A DNA stretch of 46,993 bases from a virus (taxonomy: Duplodnaviria > Caudoviricetes). This document shows positions 1-9,117 of the stretch, one piece after another (positions within the stretch are counted from its first letter, which is position 1; every line of letters starts with the position of its first letter). Location of the stretch: IMG/VR virus record IMGVR_UViG_3300036798_000299, positions 1 to 46,993 of that record; one strand, given 5' to 3'. The notes beneath the pieces are model-generated. The model was not told the DNA's origin, did no database searches, and was given only the letters and a program-made list of their open reading frames with translations. The position numbers and the translations under genes were made by a program.

Positions 1-618
1 TTTTTTTTGGCCGTTATACAGCGCCATGAGATTCTGACTACTAGGCAACAACGGCTTGTGCAGCAGGTTCTCAAGGTCCGCTGCGTTCTGAATTCGCGTC
101 ACATCATCAACCCAAGGTTGGAGAATCGCCTTCGACTCTTTATCCCCATGATACAGGTACCACGCCTGCATGATTTGTGCTTGATGTTCGTCCGAAAGGT
201 TCTCGAGCTTCAAGCCCTTCTGACGCATAGTAGCGATTGAGGGAAGGAAGTTGTTCGGATCGATGTAAGCAGCTTTTGCATCTGTTTGCGCGAACTGCTT
301 TCGAATCGAATCCGGTAACGAGTTCTGCCAGAGATGTGTAGATTCATGCGCTATCACCTGAGGTTGAAACTTCTGTTGATTACGTACGGTTATCGTATCT
401 CTCGAACCCTCATCAACCGTCGCGATATCCTCAAGACCACCATACGTCGAGTGAGCCTTACCCTGCACGATCTTCGCACGTGCAACCGCCTGCTGAATAG
501 GCGCAGGCATCATCGTAAAGTCCTTGACAGATACCTGTTGTGGAGCAGGACTTTGCGACGAGCCTCCGAAGAAGCCCTTAACCGAAGTCGTAAGTTGGTC
601 GAAAAGACTCGTTGCCAT
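1..618 (-). CDS. N-terminal part (runs off the window) of a large DNA-ejection/internal virion protein with a zincin (HEXXH) domain
   Basis: Not in the ORF track. ATG at 618 overlaps the upstream TGA (TGATG). Manual translation MATSLFDQLTTSVKGFFGG...QVIAHESTHLWQNSLP...LSDEHQAQIMQ... stays open to position 1. Follows two other ejection-type genes. Confidence 0.75.
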   Translation of the reverse strand, partial: MATSLFDQLTTSVKGFFGGSSQSPAPQQVSVKDFTMMPAPIQQAVARAKIVQGKAHSTYGGLEDIATVDEGSRDTITVRNQQKFQPQVIAHESTHLWQNSLPDSIRKQFAQTDAKAAYIDPNNFLPSIATMRQKGLKLENLSDEHQAQIMQAWYLYHGDKESKAILQPWVDDVTRIQNAADLENLLHKPLLPSSQNLMALYNGQKK

Positions 619-2168
619 CAATCGGTCCTGTTACTGCCCGCGGCTCGTTTAGCGCTCTTATAGAGCTTCGATATACCCGCGCCAACCCCTTGTTGATTCG
701 GCGATCCTTGTGGTGCGTTTGGAGTCGGACCCGTCATCTTTTGTACAGCACCACTCGCTGACTTTGGTGTCATGGTCATACTCATACCGCCCATATGGCC
801 GAGAGTGAGGTAATTCAACCACGAACGAGATTCGGTTACATCAAGTCCACTACGCTCCGCAAGTTGTGCCACATAGGAATCCATAACCTCTTGTGGTACC
901 GAACCCTTTCTAGCTTTCTCCATCGCTACGATTGCTTGGAAGTTGGTGAAGAACTCCTGATTCTCTTCCTTCTTCGCGGCTGCATCCGCCCTAATCGCGT
1001 CAGCTTCGTAGCGTCTCTGTTCATTCAACACACGCGTAGCTTCGACGTTGACCTGACCTCGTTCTGTTTCTGCACGCTCTTGGTTGACTTTCAACTCCTC
1101 CTTCTGTAAGTTTAATTGCTGGAGCATGAGCGGATTAAGACCCGTCGGAAGCGCGTATTGAAGTCCTCCATGAGCTGCAGCATCCATTACGCGTTGTAAA
1201 CTTCCCGGAGGTACTCCAAGTTGAATAAATTGGTTCGCCTGTTCAACCTGTTGCGTAATTTCCGTCATCGTGAACGGTTTCTCCTTCGCCTTAACTTCTG
1301 GAGGAATAGGCATTCCCTTCGCGAGTGCATCGGCAGCCTGCTGCGCAGCACCAGGATCGGTGTAACGTCCTTGCGCGAGTAAACTATTCATTATACCCGT
1401 CGAACGAACCTTAAATTCCGCGTCGCTTTCGTGCCCAGACGCGACGTCGATCATCGATTGTCTGTGTTCAGGATCAGCAGCGTTCCATTCAGCAGCTTGG
1501 ATCGTGAATGGAACCTCGTTCAGCGCCATAAGCTTACCACTCGCTATACGTTGCTGTTCGGGAGTTCCGTTAATAACATCGCTCTTCAGTTGCGTTACCT
1601 GCGCATGTAACTGCGCGACCTTATTAGCATCATCGCCGCGCTTTTGTGCCGCCTCAATCGCCTGCTGCGCCCAGTGTGTCGCGATCGCTTGTTGTGCTTC
1701 CTTCTTCGACATTTGCTGCGGCTGACCCTGTTGTCCTGGTTGCCCTTGCTGCCCTTGTCCGGGCTGTTGCATTCCCGTACCAGGCGGCGGTTGAAGCGTA
1801 TTACCGCCCGCGGTTGGATCACGCCCAGGTTGTTGCGGATGCCCAGCCTTCGTATTCCCCGTCCGCTCGCTGATGAACGAAGCAATCGCTTCCGGGCTCG
1901 TATCGATATGGATACCCGCTTTCTTCGCGAGCTTCGCGATATGCATCGCGTCGACGGGGAAGCCAGCCTCGGCGGCTTTAAGATTCTTGTCCATCTCCGA
2001 CATAGCGCTGTTCTGTCGTGCTTGATGGAGCGCCAAAAGATCCTGTGCGAATTTGAGGCCAGGACCTGCCGCCTCGTTCGGCGACTGTACCCCTTGCGCA
2101 GCGGGGGGCATCTGAGGCTGTGCGGGATTCGAACTAGGCTGTGCACTCAAAGCTGGATCGATTGGCAT
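618..2168 (-). CDS. DNA ejection / internal virion protein (P22 gp20-like position)
   Basis: 516 aa, Q/A/G/P-rich, helical and low complexity; lies between the pilot-like gene and the giant ejection gene. Confidence 0.6.
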   Translation of the reverse strand: MPIDPALSAQPSSNPAQPQMPPAAQGVQSPNEAAGPGLKFAQDLLALHQARQNSAMSEMDKNLKAAEAGFPVDAMHIAKLAKKAGIHIDTSPEAIASFISERTGNTKAGHPQQPGRDPTAGGNTLQPPPGTGMQQPGQGQQGQPGQQGQPQQMSKKEAQQAIATHWAQQAIEAAQKRGDDANKVAQLHAQVTQLKSDVINGTPEQQRIASGKLMALNEVPFTIQAAEWNAADPEHRQSMIDVASGHESDAEFKVRSTGIMNSLLAQGRYTDPGAAQQAADALAKGMPIPPEVKAKEKPFTMTEITQQVEQANQFIQLGVPPGSLQRVMDAAAHGGLQYALPTGLNPLMLQQLNLQKEELKVNQERAETERGQVNVEATRVLNEQRRYEADAIRADAAAKKEENQEFFTNFQAIVAMEKARKGSVPQEVMDSYVAQLAERSGLDVTESRSWLNYLTLGHMGGMSMTMTPKSASGAVQKMTGPTPNAPQGSPNQQGVGAGISKLYKSAKRAAGSNRTD

Positions 2169-2176
2169 ATGTACTC

Positions 2177-2791
2177 CTATCTAAAAATGTCCGCAATACC
2201 CGAAGCAAGGCCCGCGCCGGTATTCAAGTCGCCAAGTCCTGACAGGACGCCTACCGCACCGCCTGCGATACCAAGACCTGCGTTAATCCACGCGCCTGCA
2301 CCCGTCTGTTGCGTTTGCGTCGTCTGCGTTCCTGTCTGTGTCGTCTTCGGCGTATAGTACTGATTCGCACCTTGCGCGAGTAGCGAGAGGATTGGCGTTG
2401 CAGCTCCTGCCTGTTGCGACTCTTCCGCCAAGCCCATCTGCGTCGAGGTCTGGTTAAGGTTCTGCGAGAACTGATTCGCGTAGTTACCAATCTGCGACGC
2501 CGTATCCGTCGAGAAGCGCGTTCCGCTCGCTCCACCTGCAGCTTTGATCGACGCGATCCCTTGTTGGTACTGTGACTGCCCACTCTTCTGTAGCGTGTTG
2601 TAAAGTTGCGAGACATTGCTCTGCAGCGTCTGACCAGACTGAATGCCCTGCAGCGTATTGATAGCTCCGCCCGCAGCTCCGCCACCGAAGATCGAATTGT
2701 AGATCGACTGTACCCCAGGGTTAACAGACGTAGGTGCCGCTACCGAGGTGGTTGATGTCGATGATGTTTTCTGACTTTGTCCTGCGGGCAT
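2177..2791 (-). CDS. Small DNA ejection/pilot protein (P22 gp7-like position)
   Basis: 204 aa, S/T/Q/G-rich with a glycine-rich hydrophobic C-terminus (GLGIAGGAVGVLSGLG); typical position after the GNAT gene. Confidence 0.6.
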   Translation of the reverse strand: MPAGQSQKTSSTSTTSVAAPTSVNPGVQSIYNSIFGGGAAGGAINTLQGIQSGQTLQSNVSQLYNTLQKSGQSQYQQGIASIKAAGGASGTRFSTDTASQIGNYANQFSQNLNQTSTQMGLAEESQQAGAATPILSLLAQGANQYYTPKTTQTGTQTTQTQQTGAGAWINAGLGIAGGAVGVLSGLGDLNTGAGLASGIADIFR

Positions 2792-3356
2792 GGTTATACC
2801 TCACGTTTATCCATTCGCTACGAAGGATACCGTATAGACGCACGTTATAATGTTTCTCGTGGTGAATGATACCATGACGGATCTCACCCTCGAAACGGAA
2901 GTTTAACATCGTCGCGAACTTGGCCGCGTTCTCGTTGTACGATGGAATCGTCGCAGTAACCCTCTCGACTTTAAGCTTCGCGAAGAGGAAGTTAATAATC
3001 TCATATCCACACTGGAGGATCTCGCTGAACTTCATACTCCTGTCCCAAATGGCGTAGTGCAGCGAGGCGTTATCACTCAACTGCAGATTGCGAACGACGA
3101 TGTACCCACGCGAATCAATCGCGAAGTGAAGCGAACCCGGATCGAGTAACCCCTCGAGGAACAACTGTCGATTGCCTCGCGTAAAGTCATCAAACGCATA
3201 GTCCTGCGATGACAAATTGCGCCAGAGTTCGAGTAGGTACTCTTCTGAGGCGACGCTGGGATTGATCGGCGTAAGCCTTACGAGGCCTAAGTCAGAAAGA
3301 TCACGATGTTCGCGCTGGCTACGCTGCACTTCAGATAAGCCATTGTACTTGTCCAT
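2721..3356 (-). CDS. RimJ/RimL-type GNAT acetyltransferase-fold protein in the tail/ejection module
   Basis: Motif KVERVTATIPSYNENAAKFATMLNFRFEGEIR...LYGILRSEW; AGGAG RBS before the ATG at 3356. GNAT-fold genes occupy this slot in podoviruses. Confidence 0.8.
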   Translation of the reverse strand: MDKYNGLSEVQRSQREHRDLSDLGLVRLTPINPSVASEEYLLELWRNLSSQDYAFDDFTRGNRQLFLEGLLDPGSLHFAIDSRGYIVVRNLQLSDNASLHYAIWDRSMKFSEILQCGYEIINFLFAKLKVERVTATIPSYNENAAKFATMLNFRFEGEIRHGIIHHEKHYNVRLYGILRSEWINVRYNHARRTKSENIIDINHLGSGTYVC

Positions 3357-3649
3357 ATCGTAGTACTCCTGTAGAGTATCCCTGCTTGATCGATGGAGAA
3401 CGTTATAAAACCCGTCGGTATACGACTTAGGTTGACAGGTATGCTAAACTCTGTATTCGGTGTTGCGGGTGTAACGCCTGTGAACCACGCACCACTTAGA
3501 TTCTGCGTACTCGTGTTCGTTGGCGAACCAAACTCGAGTTGGCCGTTAATAGCCTTCCCGATATCCTCGTAGGTATTCTTAAGATCCTTCGAGCTAACGG
3601 GTTTCGTATGCGCCGGATAAGGTTGTCTAAGTACCTTCAATGATCTCAC
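3287..3649 (-). CDS. Small virion-associated protein
   Basis: 120-aa ORF coupled to both neighbours in the tail module; beta-rich C-terminus (FSIPVNLSRIPTGFI). Confidence 0.55.
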   Translation of the reverse strand: MRSLKVLRQPYPAHTKPVSSKDLKNTYEDIGKAINGQLEFGSPTNTSTQNLSGAWFTGVTPATPNTEFSIPVNLSRIPTGFITFSIDQAGILYRSTTIWTSTMAYLKCSVASANIVIFLT

Positions 3650-4784
3650 CTCTCGGCTCTACGTAAGGTGCGAACAGCACGATCGATACCGGACCTTCGT
3701 TCGCGAGACACGTAAACGTGATGTTAATGATATCACCAGCAATCGAACCGTCGTATAGAATAGTACGAAGCAACCCATCAGTTGCTGCATCGAACGTACG
3801 CGTCTGCGTTACGGCCGTTTGATTCGTCGGCGAAACCGCCTGATACGTAACCGTAACGGTCGCGGGTCCGAGCCGCTCGTACCGCAAGAGAAGCCTTTGC
3901 AGTTGCTTCTCCATATCGGGCGCTTTGAAGTCGTACTGTCTCGCTATCGTCGCATCCTCTTCGCACTGGAGATTCGATCCATCAGCTTGCAGGAGAGCTA
4001 CAATTCCAGTCGCGTTGAAGAACCCGAGAAGCATTTCAAAGTCCGTACCGCCTATCGGAAATACCGGTGTAATCGGCTGCGTGTTGTACGTCGCTTCGAC
4101 ATTCGTTATGTATACCTGCGAAGGAACCGTAACAACGACGGCATTAACATCATCCTGGTTAGGTCTATTTGCTATAGGAATTAGCTGTAGTTGAAACGTG
4201 AACGAACCGTTAGGTGCGATAGGATTCGCGCCGCTTGTGTTTACGATGGTATAACCACTCGCAATCAGTGGTGTGATCGTTACCGTACGTGAAGAAGTGG
4301 TAGGATTAAATAACGTTATCGTGCCACTCGTGTACGCCGTTCCTGCATTAACATTTCCAAACGCTACGCAGGGAAAAACGATAGCTGATCCACCAAAGCT
4401 AGATGCGATTATAACAAATGGTTCGGTATTCAGTGCTGAGATACCTGTTAACGTTATTAGCGTTGGACCACTAACGCTATTCGAGTTTAACTGCATCGTA
4501 CAAGTTTCAGTTGTACCATCCGATAGCGACGGTGTAAACGTTACACCTATTACAATTCTCTGACTTGGTATAAGAACTGCACCATCAATGGGAATTGGAA
4601 TAGTGAAATCGCCAGGATTACCATTTGTAACCGTCAACGTAATCGCAGGCGTGTTAAAAACAAGATTCGAGTTACCTACGTTGGTTATAAAGAACGTTCT
4701 CGAAATTCCTGTACTTACAGGAAACGGCCCGAAATTGAGCGAATTCCCCTGCGCTAAAGGCGTGATCTGTATCGCCGCTGGCAT
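3627..4784 (-). CDS. Tail protein with two Ig-like (ASH/choice-of-anchor D) domains plus a nozzle-like C-terminal domain
   Basis: Start at 4784 (TAATG coupling). Two repeats of FG..V....T..I.N....(V/L)TF.P (LNFGPFPVSTGISRTFFITNVGNSNL; VAFGNVNAGTAYTSGTITLFNPT). C-terminal YDFKAPDMEKQLQRLLLRYE resembles nozzle C-termini. Confidence 0.6.
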   Translation of the reverse strand: MPAAIQITPLAQGNSLNFGPFPVSTGISRTFFITNVGNSNLVFNTPAITLTVTNGNPGDFTIPIPIDGAVLIPSQRIVIGVTFTPSLSDGTTETCTMQLNSNSVSGPTLITLTGISALNTEPFVIIASSFGGSAIVFPCVAFGNVNAGTAYTSGTITLFNPTTSSRTVTITPLIASGYTIVNTSGANPIAPNGSFTFQLQLIPIANRPNQDDVNAVVVTVPSQVYITNVEATYNTQPITPVFPIGGTDFEMLLGFFNATGIVALLQADGSNLQCEEDATIARQYDFKAPDMEKQLQRLLLRYERLGPATVTVTYQAVSPTNQTAVTQTRTFDAATDGLLRTILYDGSIAGDIINITFTCLANEGPVSIVLFAPYVEPRGEIIEGT

Positions 4785-5890
4785 TAGTTCACCGCCACGC
4801 GTTGCATATACGTGAGCCAACCCTTAGACGACGACATCTTCTGCCACGTTCCCTCGACTAGATCGTGGACCCACATGATGTTAGGTCCAGGAATCGATAT
4901 CCAATAGGCTTCAAGGTCGTACCCACGACCCATAGACGCACTACCAAAACACTGTACGACGTCGTTTGCAACAAGTGCAAGGTCGGCAGCAAGCTGCTTG
5001 CGGATCTTACCACTGGCGAGACGATTAAAGTTGCTTCCATCGAACGAGAGTACCTCCGAACTTTCTGTAATGCAAAGCATCATCGGGCCCCATGTCACGA
5101 GCGAGTACGGATAATAGTTGCCCCATCCTGGCCTCGACCACATAAACGGCTCGAAGGCGAACGCGGCGACGGCGTTTCCCGTCGGGAACATGACCGTCGA
5201 GCCTTCTTGACGTAGGATATACGTATTGCGTCCGATAGTACCGCAACCCGTTAAGGCTCCACCACTTTCGATTAAATCGGTCGCACCCGCCGTATTGTCG
5301 AAAGCATTTATCCACTCGCTGGGGTTTCCCGTATCACTCCAACGTACGCGGAAGGGCCAGTTCATCGAACCTGCGATACCCGGCGACGGTTCCGTCCAAT
5401 TAACGCCGATAAGCGATTCGCTGTTCTCCGTCAGATACAAACATGATCCCGGAACGTCCCCTGCGATATGGACGCTAGCCGATCCATCAATGTAACTAAG
5501 CGGGATCGACCCATTCGCGAAGTACACTTGCTGATTGATCTCACGTAGCGCGAAAGGAAGTCCCGTAACTGATAGCGATGGTATACCACTAGGTAGCGTG
5601 AGAACATGGTAACTAATGACACCTCCTGTGCTCGTAATGTAGTACGCATGCGCGGCCGTAAGTATTATCGTGTGATAATTGTCGAGTACGTCTTGAAACG
5701 TGTATATCGCTCGTATCGGCTGACCATCGGGAGGAGGTGTCACGACATTAAAGCGCGGACGCGTCTGTAATCTTCCCTTGCGGCAAAAGAAGTTCGTACA
5801 GACGTCAAGCGCCTGATCATCCATAGCCGATGGTAAGTCGGTTACGATGCCCTTCCACGGACCTGCGATTGGATACCTTTGTACTGTCAT
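4784..5890 (-). CDS. Tail nozzle / DNA stabilization protein (P22 gp10 / tail tubular B-like beta-propeller)
   Basis: Start at 5890 (TAATG). Motifs NFFCRKGRLQTRP, VYFANG and RVRWSDTGNPSEW are typical of podovirus nozzle proteins. Confidence 0.75.
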   Translation of the reverse strand: MTVQRYPIAGPWKGIVTDLPSAMDDQALDVCTNFFCRKGRLQTRPRFNVVTPPPDGQPIRAIYTFQDVLDNYHTIILTAAHAYYITSTGGVISYHVLTLPSGIPSLSVTGLPFALREINQQVYFANGSIPLSYIDGSASVHIAGDVPGSCLYLTENSESLIGVNWTEPSPGIAGSMNWPFRVRWSDTGNPSEWINAFDNTAGATDLIESGGALTGCGTIGRNTYILRQEGSTVMFPTGNAVAAFAFEPFMWSRPGWGNYYPYSLVTWGPMMLCITESSEVLSFDGSNFNRLASGKIRKQLAADLALVANDVVQCFGSASMGRGYDLEAYWISIPGPNIMWVHDLVEGTWQKMSSSKGWLTYMQRVAVN

Positions 5891-6633
5891 TACCTCGCCG
5901 TATAGTTTGATTTGAATTTCGGTTGCATACCCCAATCCATGTAGGGCTTCTGAGCCTGAAGACGATTCCCAAGCCTATCCGTGATCCCCGCGATCTTCGC
6001 GCCTGTGTTAGGGTCCGTATAGCCGTACAGAAGTTTCGTAACCTCGTTCGCCTTATCGCGTTCGAGTAGTTCGATATGACCTCTCATCGCCGCGTCGTAA
6101 TCGAGCACTTCAAGCCAATCATCGGGAATTTGTAGCTGCGTCGCAAGAAGATCATCGCCGATAATAACGGGCTTCATCCAACAGTCCATATAGAAGACGT
6201 ACGGCCCATTCGCATCCGGAACAGGCCGAAAGATGATCGTATTCGCCCATGGACAGACGATCGCGGGAACGCCTGTAAACGGTTGGTTAGGTGGTACGTA
6301 CTGCGATGCATACCGCCGAATGTAATTGATATCCTTCCAGTCGACGATTATTGGCGCGCCCGTCGCTTGATTCTTTCCCACAAGCGACTTGATCGCACGA
6401 ACTGTGTCGGGATACGAGTATGTATCCGCGTTCGCCGTCGTCGTGATCTGGATCGTTTGTTCCGCCTGCTCGAAGGTATGTGCATATGCAACCGAAATAT
6501 ACGAGTCACGTAACCACCCCGCGATGCGAGTGTAGGGAAAGCCCGAGCCCGGCGCAGGCTGCAACAGATCCTGCCGGTTCCCGAGCTTCATCGCGACATT
6601 TGTAACACGATCTCCCAACGTTGCGAGTGCCAT
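5890..6633 (-). CDS. Head-tail adaptor / tail tubular protein A-like
   Basis: 247 aa with motifs TTTANADTYSYP, GVP..., IFRPVPD and IPDDWLEVL; directly upstream of the nozzle gene. Confidence 0.7.
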   Translation of the reverse strand: MALATLGDRVTNVAMKLGNRQDLLQPAPGSGFPYTRIAGWLRDSYISVAYAHTFEQAEQTIQITTTANADTYSYPDTVRAIKSLVGKNQATGAPIIVDWKDINYIRRYASQYVPPNQPFTGVPAIVCPWANTIIFRPVPDANGPYVFYMDCWMKPVIIGDDLLATQLQIPDDWLEVLDYDAAMRGHIELLERDKANEVTKLLYGYTDPNTGAKIAGITDRLGNRLQAQKPYMDWGMQPKFKSNYTAR

Positions 6634-6878
6634 TAGAACTCCACGATTTCGCCTGGATCTTTGAACATCTCACTAGCTTCGCTCGTGCCTTCGCCAGGCT
6701 GGGATAGTACTATCTGAATTTCCTTGTCGCGCCACATAATCGAAAGATCATCCGTACAAGGCGTTTGCGTACAGACAAGGAGGCCCTGTTGTCGTCTCAA
6801 GGTATTGATCGGTCGAAGAAAGCCACAACGATCGCAATTCCGCCATTGGACACCGAATATCCCTTTCGCTTTAGGCAT
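6633..6878 (-). CDS. Small Cys-rich (CDRCG...VC...C) phage protein
   Basis: 81 aa, WRNCDRCGF...GLLVCTQTPC; translationally coupled to the adaptor gene. Confidence 0.7.
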   Translation of the reverse strand: MPKAKGIFGVQWRNCDRCGFLRPINTLRRQQGLLVCTQTPCTDDLSIMWRDKEIQIVLSQPGEGTSEASEMFKDPGEIVEF

Positions 6879-6885
6879 ACAGCAC

Positions 6886-7629
6886 CTACCAGTAGAGGAC
6901 CTGCATTTGTTTCGCGTACGAATTCATCGTACCGGATGCGTTCGCACCGTTCGTCTGATAGTTGTTGATGAGAACGCCCGGCGTCCAGTTTTGTCTAGAA
7001 GCCGAAGGACCTTTGCAGGAGGGATCGAAAAGCGTGTAAACGTCGTCGATTTCGACACCCTCATAGGTAACGACACCCGTATCATCTCGCGACGTCTTCA
7101 AACGCAAGTGCTTCCACGTGTTCGCAGGCCAGTCCTTGCGATTAACTTTCATCGTCGTATGGGTCCAGTGAGTACCGCCACCTGATACCGTTGTATAGTC
7201 CCAGCAACCATTGACAAAATTCACCTGCAAACAGAGGAAACAATTTCGACCATCCGACATCATCTGGTTCATGTCGAGTTCGAGCTGACCCATCTGTCCC
7301 CAATCGTCGGATTTAACGGTAAGATCATAGACGAAGTTCGTTGGTGTCGGATCTTCCGCGAATGGATTACTCCAACGCATCCCGGCTTTACCCGTCTGGA
7401 CCGCGTTGAACTGTCGACCTTCCGTCGTCGAGATAAACTTGTTGAACGTCGAAGATACCGAGCCAGGCGTACCTGCGTCCTTCTCCGCCTTCCATTTCGG
7501 TGCGTTATCGAGGATACCTGACGTTTTCGCGTTCGGGGGTATGACGAGACCAGAACCAGGTGTGGATACGGGCGTTACCGTATACGTTTTACCGTCATAC
7601 GGCCAGATGATCGTGTTGTTCGTGCTCAT
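6886..7629 (-). CDS. Concanavalin-like/beta-jelly-roll carbohydrate-binding or lyase-like protein
   Basis: AGGAG RBS before the ATG at 7629 (MSTNNT). Motifs NFVYDLTV..LELDMNQ..WDYTT..HW..NTWKHL..RD..G.VTY..V.ID resemble a family I associate with Acidobacteria. Confidence 0.55.
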   Translation of the reverse strand: MSTNNTIIWPYDGKTYTVTPVSTPGSGLVIPPNAKTSGILDNAPKWKAEKDAGTPGSVSSTFNKFISTTEGRQFNAVQTGKAGMRWSNPFAEDPTPTNFVYDLTVKSDDWGQMGQLELDMNQMMSDGRNCFLCLQVNFVNGCWDYTTVSGGGTHWTHTTMKVNRKDWPANTWKHLRLKTSRDDTGVVTYEGVEIDDVYTLFDPSCKGPSASRQNWTPGVLINNYQTNGANASGTMNSYAKQMQVLYW

Positions 7630-7637
7630 GGGGCTCC

Positions 7638-8120
7638 TTATTGTAACCGCGTAATAGTTATGTACTGACTGACGACTGGGGTTCCTGTTGCGCCTGTATA
7701 GTTGGCGAAGTAAGTTACACCGCTTACTCCATCTAAATGTACAATGGTACTTGCTTGAGTAACCAAACCAGCGGTTGTCATATTCGTAGTCGGACTCGCC
7801 GTCGCACCAGAAGTAGCACCGGTACCACCTGGTTTCCAGTTCCAACCGCACTGCATTGTGCCAGCGGTTCCTGCTGTTACGACGAAATCGGTGCAGGCAA
7901 GTTCATACGTTCCTGCTGCCGTCGACGTATATACTGTTGTGGGCGAAACCGGAGCCGTTTGGTTGAGAAACGATCCATTGAAAACTACGCAAGGAAGGCT
8001 CGCGCAACGAACAGGAGCACCGCTTCCAGTTACGGTTTGATTCGCGACTCCGTTAATCGACTGTGGCTGAACCGTGAAGCATAATAGTAGGAGGCTTATT
8101 AACAGAAATGTGTTTTTCAT
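7638..8120 (-). CDS. Secreted C1q/BclA-like beta-sandwich paralogue 3
   Basis: AGGAGG RBS; signal peptide MKNTFLLISLLLLCFTVQP; 160 aa; paralogous to the next two genes. Confidence 0.75.
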   Translation of the reverse strand: MKNTFLLISLLLLCFTVQPQSINGVANQTVTGSGAPVRCASLPCVVFNGSFLNQTAPVSPTTVYTSTAAGTYELACTDFVVTAGTAGTMQCGWNWKPGGTGATSGATASPTTNMTTAGLVTQASTIVHLDGVSGVTYFANYTGATGTPVVSQYITITRLQ

Positions 8121-8130
8121 AAACTTCCTC

Positions 8131-8613
8131 CTATAATAGGCGTTCAACTACAATGTCTAAACCATATATCGGTGTACCTGTAGCACCGGTATAATTGGTA
8201 AAGAGAACAAACGGATTTATCCCATCAGCATACACTATAAGGGAAACTTGAGTAGTGTTACCTTGGGTTGTCATATTCGTTGTAGGACTAGAAAGCGAAC
8301 TCTGCGCGTTTCCAGTAACTCCACTGTGCCAGTTAAATCCACACTGCATCGTCCCAGCTGTACCCGCGGTGGTGATATACATCGAACACATAAGTTTATA
8401 AACACCTGTAGCTGTAGGAGTATAAGTAGTTAAGTTATTAATAGCCGCAGACTGTCCAGTCAATGCATTCTTATATACGATACAAGGAAGGTTCGTACAA
8501 TTTGCGGGTAGTCCACTCCCAGTTACGTTTTGACTCGGAACGTTATTGATCGATTGCGGCTGTACGGTAAAGCATAACAATAGAAGACTCACTACTAGAA
8601 TCACGTTCTTCAC
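8131..8613 (-). CDS. Secreted C1q/BclA-like beta-sandwich paralogue 2
   Basis: AGGAGG RBS, GTG start; signal peptide MKNVILVVSLLLLCFTVQP; shared QSIN.V..Q.VT, C....LPC and TAGTM.CG..W motifs. Confidence 0.75.
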   Translation of the reverse strand: MKNVILVVSLLLLCFTVQPQSINNVPSQNVTGSGLPANCTNLPCIVYKNALTGQSAAINNLTTYTPTATGVYKLMCSMYITTAGTAGTMQCGFNWHSGVTGNAQSSLSSPTTNMTTQGNTTQVSLIVYADGINPFVLFTNYTGATGTPIYGLDIVVERLL

Positions 8614-8622
8614 AGCTTCCTC

Positions 8623-9117
8623 CTATTGTGTACGCGTGATTACAATATCTAGTTCATATACAGGCGAACCTGTAACACCAGTAAGAGTCGTAAAAACCCC
8701 AATTGGATCAACTCCACCTGCGTGTGCTGCGACAGATATTTGAGAAACGGCTGCGACTGCAGTCATATTTGGACTGTTACCAAGCACACTAAATGACAGT
8801 CCCCCAGTTACTGGTTTCCAGGTAGTTCCGCACACCATTGTACCAGCCGTAGCTGCGGTAACAACATACATAGTACAAGCTATCAAGTAAGTACCTGGTC
8901 CTGTAGGAGTATACACACTAACAGTGCCGGTTCCGGTCGTCAAACCTGGCTGTTGACTCGCAAAAACGACGCAAGGGAGCTGTGCACAGGTCGACGGTAC
9001 ACCTGATACGCCTGATACGGTAACGTTCTGGTTCGACACGCCGTTGATCGACTGGGGCTGCATCGTAAACGATAGCAACAGGAGGCATAACAAAGCAACG
9101 ACGTTACGGCGCAACAT
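8623..9117 (-). CDS. Secreted C1q/BclA-like beta-sandwich paralogue 1
   Basis: Signal peptide MLRRNVVALLCLLLLSFTMQP; same conserved motifs as paralogues 2 and 3. Confidence 0.75.
   Translation of the reverse strand: MLRRNVVALLCLLLLSFTMQPQSINGVSNQNVTVSGVSGVPSTCAQLPCVVFASQQPGLTTGTGTVSVYTPTGPGTYLIACTMYVVTAATAGTMVCGTTWKPVTGGLSFSVLGNSPNMTAVAAVSQISVAAHAGGVDPIGVFTTLTGVTGSPVYELDIVITRTQ

Noticed and set aside
1-8. Terminal T8 run as a genome end or terminator
   Set aside because: It lies inside an open minus-strand frame at the contig edge, so it is more likely an assembly break at a homopolymer.
7638-9117. Diversity-generating retroelement template/variable repeats
   Set aside because: No reverse transcriptase; the paralogues differ at all base types and are whole genes.
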